Positions 59,460 to 64,000 of a DNA stretch of 64,000 bases are shown piece after piece. A program made the translations under genes and the position numbers. How positions within the stretch are numbered: the stretch's first letter is position 1; every line of letters starts with the position of its first letter. This DNA is from an uncultured virus (IMG/VR IMGVR_UViG_3300005573_000084). Taxonomy: Duplodnaviria > Heunggongvirae > Uroviricota > Caudoviricetes. The notes under the pieces are model-generated. The model was given only the letters and a program-made list of their open reading frames with translations, was not told where the DNA came from and made no database searches. The stretch lies in the IMG/VR virus record IMGVR_UViG_3300005573_000084; one strand, given 5' to 3'.

Positions 59460-60896
59460 TATAAAATACAAAATTCAATAAATTAAATAATTAATCATAA
59501 AAAATATAATTTAAAACCATACTTTTATGACTTGAATTTTGCTGAAAAACATTAAATTTATGCAAGCATTCATTTAATGAAACTCGATATTTCAATTTCA
59601 AGTTTTTTATTTCAAGAAAGAATTCTTTCCAATCTTTATATTTAGTAGCCATTTCCTTCCACTGGTGTTTTACCAATAGATCTGGATAGAATGCTTTCTT
59701 GTTTTTCTTTATTTTGTACTCAAAACCACGTCTTGCGATTTCAATTGAAGCATTTACTGCATCTGTATAGTTATGTTGTAAATTTCCAATGAAACTTGAG
59801 TAAGCTGGATTAACTGAATAAAGTTTAATTCCTTCTACGTTTAATCTCTTATTTAAATTGTTGATGAATAATTCTCTTTTCCAAAGATTTTTGTTCTTTC
59901 TATTTGATATTTTTATCGCTGAAGAGCCTTTAAAATGTAAATCTTCAATAAAAACTGATTTACAATTAAAGTATTTTGCTAGATTTGTAATCGATTTACT
60001 TATTTCATAGGTTTCAAACTTTAATTTGTTTTGAAAATATTTCATTCTGTCTGAATTTGAACTTAGTTTTTCATTTAAAATTTTGTTAAAAATAGGTTTC
60101 AAACTAAATTCTTGAGTATAGATAACATTTTCATTTTCTAAAACTGAAATTCCAATTGTATCTGGATTTAAGTCAATACCTAAATATCTGTTTTCGTTTA
60201 ACTTAACTTCTTTTTCATTTTTAAATTCTTCAAATGAAATATAGACATTTTTTAAATCAAAACGAATTGAATAGGTATAGCCCCTTTGATTAGATTTAAC
60301 TTCATTAAGTTGTTGAAGTTTGAATAATTCATTCTTTATATTGTTTCTTAAATTAGGCAATTTTAGCTCAATGTGCTTTTTCCTATTTAATTTAAAGATG
60401 ATTTGATTGTTTTCAATCATATCTAACTTAAATGAACGATTTCCTTGTTTAAGTTCTTCACCTTGAATATTTATAGGACTTAATCGTTTAAGTTGATACT
60501 CTTCCTTTGATATTTTACCTCGACATCTCAAAATGAAATTTTTCTTTTCTCCAAATATAACTTTTTTATTTCCAGAACGTGCATGAATTGCTTTGCCATC
60601 TTTGATTGCACATTGAACCAACCAAGAATTTAATAAATTAATGTTTTTCAATGATTTAGTTAAATTTCTAACTTCTTTTTCTGTTTTGCCCTCAAGAAAA
60701 CGATTATAACTATACCTAACAACAGATGAATATTGTTTAAGTATAGGTATTAAATCTTCAGATGATTTGTATGGAAGCTTAATCGTTTTCATGCTATCAT
60801 TACTTTAACTGTATAAAACTTATATATTATAAAATATATATTAAAGAAAATTATATTTTTTTACGTTTTTATCACAAATTATTGTTAATTTTTAAT
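59460..60896 (-). mobile_element. Non-autonomous tnpB-only IS200/IS605- or IS607-type element
   Basis: tnpB with no tnpA, flanked by the 5' and 3' remnants of an ankyrin gene; ends are approximate. Confidence 0.7.
59491..60792 (-). CDS. tnpB: TnpB/Cas12f-like RNA-guided nuclease
   Basis: VRYSYNR N-terminus, RuvC-I LGIDLN, RuvC-II FIEDL, VNPAYSS, RuvC-III DAVNASIEIARRG; no zinc finger. Confidence 0.88.
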   Translation of the reverse strand: MKTIKLPYKSSEDLIPILKQYSSVVRYSYNRFLEGKTEKEVRNLTKSLKNINLLNSWLVQCAIKDGKAIHARSGNKKVIFGEKKNFILRCRGKISKEEYQLKRLSPINIQGEELKQGNRSFKLDMIENNQIIFKLNRKKHIELKLPNLRNNIKNELFKLQQLNEVKSNQRGYTYSIRFDLKNVYISFEEFKNEKEVKLNENRYLGIDLNPDTIGISVLENENVIYTQEFSLKPIFNKILNEKLSSNSDRMKYFQNKLKFETYEISKSITNLAKYFNCKSVFIEDLHFKGSSAIKISNRKNKNLWKRELFINNLNKRLNVEGIKLYSVNPAYSSFIGNLQHNYTDAVNASIEIARRGFEYKIKKNKKAFYPDLLVKHQWKEMATKYKDWKEFFLEIKNLKLKYRVSLNECLHKFNVFQQNSSHKSMVLNYIFYD

Positions 60897-60935
60897 CAAA
60901 TTGTTGCTTTCTTCAGAGAATTTCTTAGTATACAT
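60885..60935 (-). pseudogene. 5' remnant of the ankyrin gene (MYTKKFSEESNNLIKN*)
   Basis: Matches the EKFSEESDDLTKD module-leader sequence of the 1-3205 gene at nucleotide level (cttcagagaatttct). Confidence 0.65.
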
Positions 60936-60948
60936 TGGTATAGTGTTT

Positions 60949-62724
60949 TTATCTTAAAATTTTTCCACTCCATAATCTATATTCTTCAAATATATTATTG
61001 AATAAATTGTGGATACATTTTGGAGTTAACTCCATAAAAAGTGAATAATTGTTATCTTCAATTGCTCTAAATGCATTAAGCTTATCTTCATTTTCTAATT
61101 CTCCGACATTTAGATCTTTTTGAACATTTATTCTTCCTCCCATGACTTCTTCTTCAAAAAATAATTGAATGGCTATTTCTGATTTTTTACCCTTATCTGT
61201 AATGATTACTATTGGTTCAAATCTTGGACGACAGAGTTCGAATATTTCCTTTAAGCTCCATGTTGATAATAAACTATAAAAAGGAATTAATTCTGGATTG
61301 TTTTCAGATAAAGATTTCATTTGAGCTTCTATTAAATTATCACTTGGATAAAATTCTGTTCCTATTAAATTATGTTTATTACTTATGCTCATTAAAACAA
61401 CAGGACAATTCCAATTTTTATTTATAATTTGAACATTATTCATTTGTGAAATTGTAAATGGCTCAAATGATGTAATATAAACTGCGCACTTTGTTTCTCC
61501 TCTTTTTGCGTTTGATATTATTGGTTCAAATGTTTTTTGTATTGAGGATATAACTCTCATGTTATCTATGTCTGTATATTTTCTCTTCTTTATTTCATCT
61601 ATAACAACATTATCAGATCTAGATTCAAATAATTGTTGATCTTTAACTTCTTTAAAGTTATTAATATAATTATTTATGAGATTCACATAATTATTAAATT
61701 TTTCAACAATTGTTTCATTTAATAAACCGTGAGGCTTTTTAGTCTTTCTTAATGATGATAAAAAAACTTTAAATAAAGCTTCATATATAGGAGCTTTATT
61801 AATTAATTCTAATGTTTCTTCGTTTGTTATTAGTTTTTTGTTTAATTTTCCGTTATATCCAAATTGTAAAGGAGTGAGATATTTTTCATCCAAATTCTCA
61901 TCAATTACTTTATTTTTACAGTAATTGTTAAATATATTATAAATGATATTTAAATATAATTCATCTTTATTTTCAGCTTCTAAAATAGGAATATTATAAT
62001 TTGATAAAAAATTACTAAGATCTGTTATAATTATATCATAAAAATCTCTAGATTCATTTTCTTTTTCATAAGCTTCATTAAGTAATTCAAATTCATAAGA
62101 GATTATCTGAGCTAATTTATCTCCAGATTTAATGATAATTCCTTCTATAATATCCTCTTTAGAATATGATGCTCCAAGAGTCTTTTTTATCATTTCAGAG
62201 AAAGTTAACGTTTCTCCATTATATTGTTTTGTGTCATAAGCTATAAGAAGTCTTTTTTGTTCATCTGTTAATTTTCCCTCAAATAAAATTGGAGGTCTCC
62301 CCATACATAATATTGAAGCCCAATTTTTTACTTCATCATAATCTAAAGATTCTACAATTTTATTGTAACTATTTCTTTTTGTAACATCTGTTAAAATATA
62401 TTTTGGAATTTTAGAATAAGGAATTCTTAAAGGTCTCTCTGTAGGAGTATAATAAAATCCAAAAAAATATCCTTCAGGAATGTTAACATCTTTAGTAATT
62501 AAAGGAATTTCTGTAATAGCATCTTCATATATGTCTGTTAAAACTCTTGAAGGTAAATCGATTTTTTCATTATTTTTTTTATAAAAGATATATTGATCTC
62601 CTTTTTTCTCGAAGATTAATCTAAAAGTATCAATCTTTTCAGTGATTATTACATTTTCTTTAAGAAAATTTTCAACATATTTTGGTCCTCTTTTATCTAA
62701 GACCTCATATAATCTATTAATCAT
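60949..62724 (-). CDS. Two-domain protein: ligase-like nucleotidyltransferase N part and degenerate cytidylyltransferase-like C part
   Basis: ITEKID (KxD motif I-like), IEGIIIK; C-terminal SFEPFT resembles RFQPFH without the HxGH histidines. Confidence 0.5.
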   Translation of the reverse strand: MINRLYEVLDKRGPKYVENFLKENVIITEKIDTFRLIFEKKGDQYIFYKKNNEKIDLPSRVLTDIYEDAITEIPLITKDVNIPEGYFFGFYYTPTERPLRIPYSKIPKYILTDVTKRNSYNKIVESLDYDEVKNWASILCMGRPPILFEGKLTDEQKRLLIAYDTKQYNGETLTFSEMIKKTLGASYSKEDIIEGIIIKSGDKLAQIISYEFELLNEAYEKENESRDFYDIIITDLSNFLSNYNIPILEAENKDELYLNIIYNIFNNYCKNKVIDENLDEKYLTPLQFGYNGKLNKKLITNEETLELINKAPIYEALFKVFLSSLRKTKKPHGLLNETIVEKFNNYVNLINNYINNFKEVKDQQLFESRSDNVVIDEIKKRKYTDIDNMRVISSIQKTFEPIISNAKRGETKCAVYITSFEPFTISQMNNVQIINKNWNCPVVLMSISNKHNLIGTEFYPSDNLIEAQMKSLSENNPELIPFYSLLSTWSLKEIFELCRPRFEPIVIITDKGKKSEIAIQLFFEEEVMGGRINVQKDLNVGELENEDKLNAFRAIEDNNYSLFMELTPKCIHNLFNNIFEEYRLWSGKILR

Positions 62725-62759
62725 GTTTTAAATATTTTTATTATATATATTTAAAAAAA

Positions 62760-62782
62760 ATAGGGATTGAAAGAATCCCTAT
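62760..62782. terminator. Intergenic hairpin
   Basis: atagggatt-gaaag-aatccctat with an A tract on the left (U tract on the minus strand). Confidence 0.65.
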
Positions 62783-62803
62783 ATTTAATTTTTTTAATTT
62801 ATT

Positions 62804-63565
62804 TTATTTCCATGAATCTGGTATCAAATCATATTTTCCCATTTGTCTAGCTCTTTTCTTTATATGTCTTTTAGCTAATTCAGGATCTTTAGCTCTTCCG
62901 TGAGCTTTAATTGCATTCTTAAGATCTTCTACTGTAACTATTGGAAAAGATCCATCTGGTAAAGCTTTTCCTTCTTTAGCAAGTTTTTCTCTTCTACTCC
63001 CTGAAAATTCTCTTTCATTGATAAGTTTTGCTTTTATAATATATTTTTTATTATAATTTGTGCTTTCTTTAAGTTCATTATACATAGATTCAAAAAATTC
63101 ATCAAAAGATTTATCAAATACAGTCCTAACAATACCTACTATTTCAGTTGGACTCAATACTTCACTAATATCACGTGCTTTAACTTGTTTATACATTTCA
63201 TCTAGAATATCATATATCTTATATTTAAGATTATTTTTTTCAATAGATTCTTTTAAAATAGAATAAGTTTTTTTGCTTAAATAATTTTTCTTTTGTTTTA
63301 CTGTAGAATTCTCATTTAAATTCATTGAACGATTTTTAATAAAATCAAGACCCTTTTCATTTAATCCGCTTTCTTCTGACCAATATTCTGATAATTCAGT
63401 AAGAAATGAATCTTGTGAAGCTTCATCTAAATTTTTTACAGAAGTTATACCGTAATTATCCAGCATAGTTTTATATATAAGATTAAAATCATTTAAAATC
63501 TTATTTTCGTGAAGTTTTTCAGCTTCATTTATTTTCTGTTTATAAACTTCTATAAACTTTTTCAT
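62804..63565 (-). CDS. Probable head/core-associated protein with basic C-terminal domain
   Basis: Several I/L-x-E sites (INE, LHE, LNE, LINE); C-terminal ALPDGSFPI...DLKNAI.A.GR...HIKKRA domain of the kind seen on phage head proteins. Confidence 0.55.
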   Translation of the reverse strand: MKKFIEVYKQKINEAEKLHENKILNDFNLIYKTMLDNYGITSVKNLDEASQDSFLTELSEYWSEESGLNEKGLDFIKNRSMNLNENSTVKQKKNYLSKKTYSILKESIEKNNLKYKIYDILDEMYKQVKARDISEVLSPTEIVGIVRTVFDKSFDEFFESMYNELKESTNYNKKYIIKAKLINEREFSGSRREKLAKEGKALPDGSFPIVTVEDLKNAIKAHGRAKDPELAKRHIKKRARQMGKYDLIPDSWK

Positions 63566-63717
63566 AACAAACTTAATTTATTTTATTTATATATTCACAT
63601 ATTTTTATAAAAAAATTAAAGTATTTTATTTTTATATATAAAAACTTTAACATATATTTAAAATACTATTAAATAGTTTGGCATACTTTTTATTGTATTA
63701 TATAAATAAAAAACAAT

Positions 63718-64000
63718 ATGAAAAAGTTTATTTTAATTATTTTTATACTATTGATGGGATCGATAGTTTTATCTCAGGAAAATACGAGAAAATTATCTGA
63801 TTATGAAAAGTATGTAATGGAAAAAGAAAAACAAAAAAACAGTGGACAGAAAAATGACACAATCATTATTTATGACACATTAGCTGTAAATTCAGCAACA
63901 GAAAAAGAAGAAAACGATGATTTATATTACACTCCTCGCAAAAGTAATAATAAATCTAATAATCATAATTATGTTAACACAAAAGATAACTCAAGTGAAA
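63718..64000 (+). CDS. Secreted protein, 5' part (runs off the right edge)
   Basis: Manual translation MKKFILIIFILLMGSIVLS|QEN...NDTIIIYDTL...DDLYYTP: signal peptide followed by Gln. Confidence 0.7.
   Translation, partial: MKKFILIIFILLMGSIVLSQENTRKLSDYEKYVMEKEKQKNSGQKNDTIIIYDTLAVNSATEKEENDDLYYTPRKSNNKSNNHNYVNTKDNSSE

Noticed and set aside
59460..59471. TTG start giving an intact 74-aa ankyrin gene
   Set aside because: The first residues (MYFI) come from the element end; ankyrin homology begins mid-repeat, so it is treated as a remnant
59491..60792. Type V CRISPR effector (Cas12f) system
   Set aside because: No CRISPR array or cas1/cas2 nearby; the context is an insertion into a gene, consistent with TnpB
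1416..63266. Many short ORFs in the track antisense to or nested in long genes (e.g. 1416-1616, 17430-17780, 18912-19388, 23814-24140, 47929-48324)
   Set aside because: Shadow ORFs of well-supported genes, with no recognisable motifs
1..64000. tRNA or rRNA genes
   Set aside because: No cloverleaf or rRNA-like segment recognised by eye; the only GC-rich intergenic stretch (37926-38000) lacks T-loop and D-loop consensus

Overview
A very AT-rich, gene-dense segment of a T4-like (myovirus-type) jumbo bacteriophage genome using the standard genetic code, with most genes on the minus strand. The host is probably Bacteroidota, based on TAnnTTTG promoters, DUF4494 and SiaC-family genes, and secreted proteins carrying D-S/T-I/L sequons. 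The window holds a replication/recombination block (DinG-like helicase, gp46/gp47, gp41 helicase, UvsX, C-terminal half of a split family-B polymerase, probable sliding clamp, type II topoisomerase subunits). It also holds a plus-strand island of virion fibre-like genes, a baseplate/tail module, a nucleotide-modification cluster (TS-fold enzyme with dCMP-type Asp, dNMP kinase, atypical C5-MTase), KamA, Hsp20 and a lone TnpB element inside an ankyrin gene. Highlights: (1) two apparently natural split inteins in four consecutive genes, one canonical in the topoisomerase TOPRIM motif and one atypical (29-aa N fragment) in an AAA ATPase Walker A, plus two contiguous mini-inteins; (2) a >1,000-aa hierarchical ankyrin polyprotein, missing from the ORF track, whose modules are separated by a motif shared with other probable head-packaged proteins; (3) a C-terminal ...LF motif on five proteins including the polymerase and helicase; (4) three distinct promoter classes. 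All product calls come from motif recognition by eye, not database searches.
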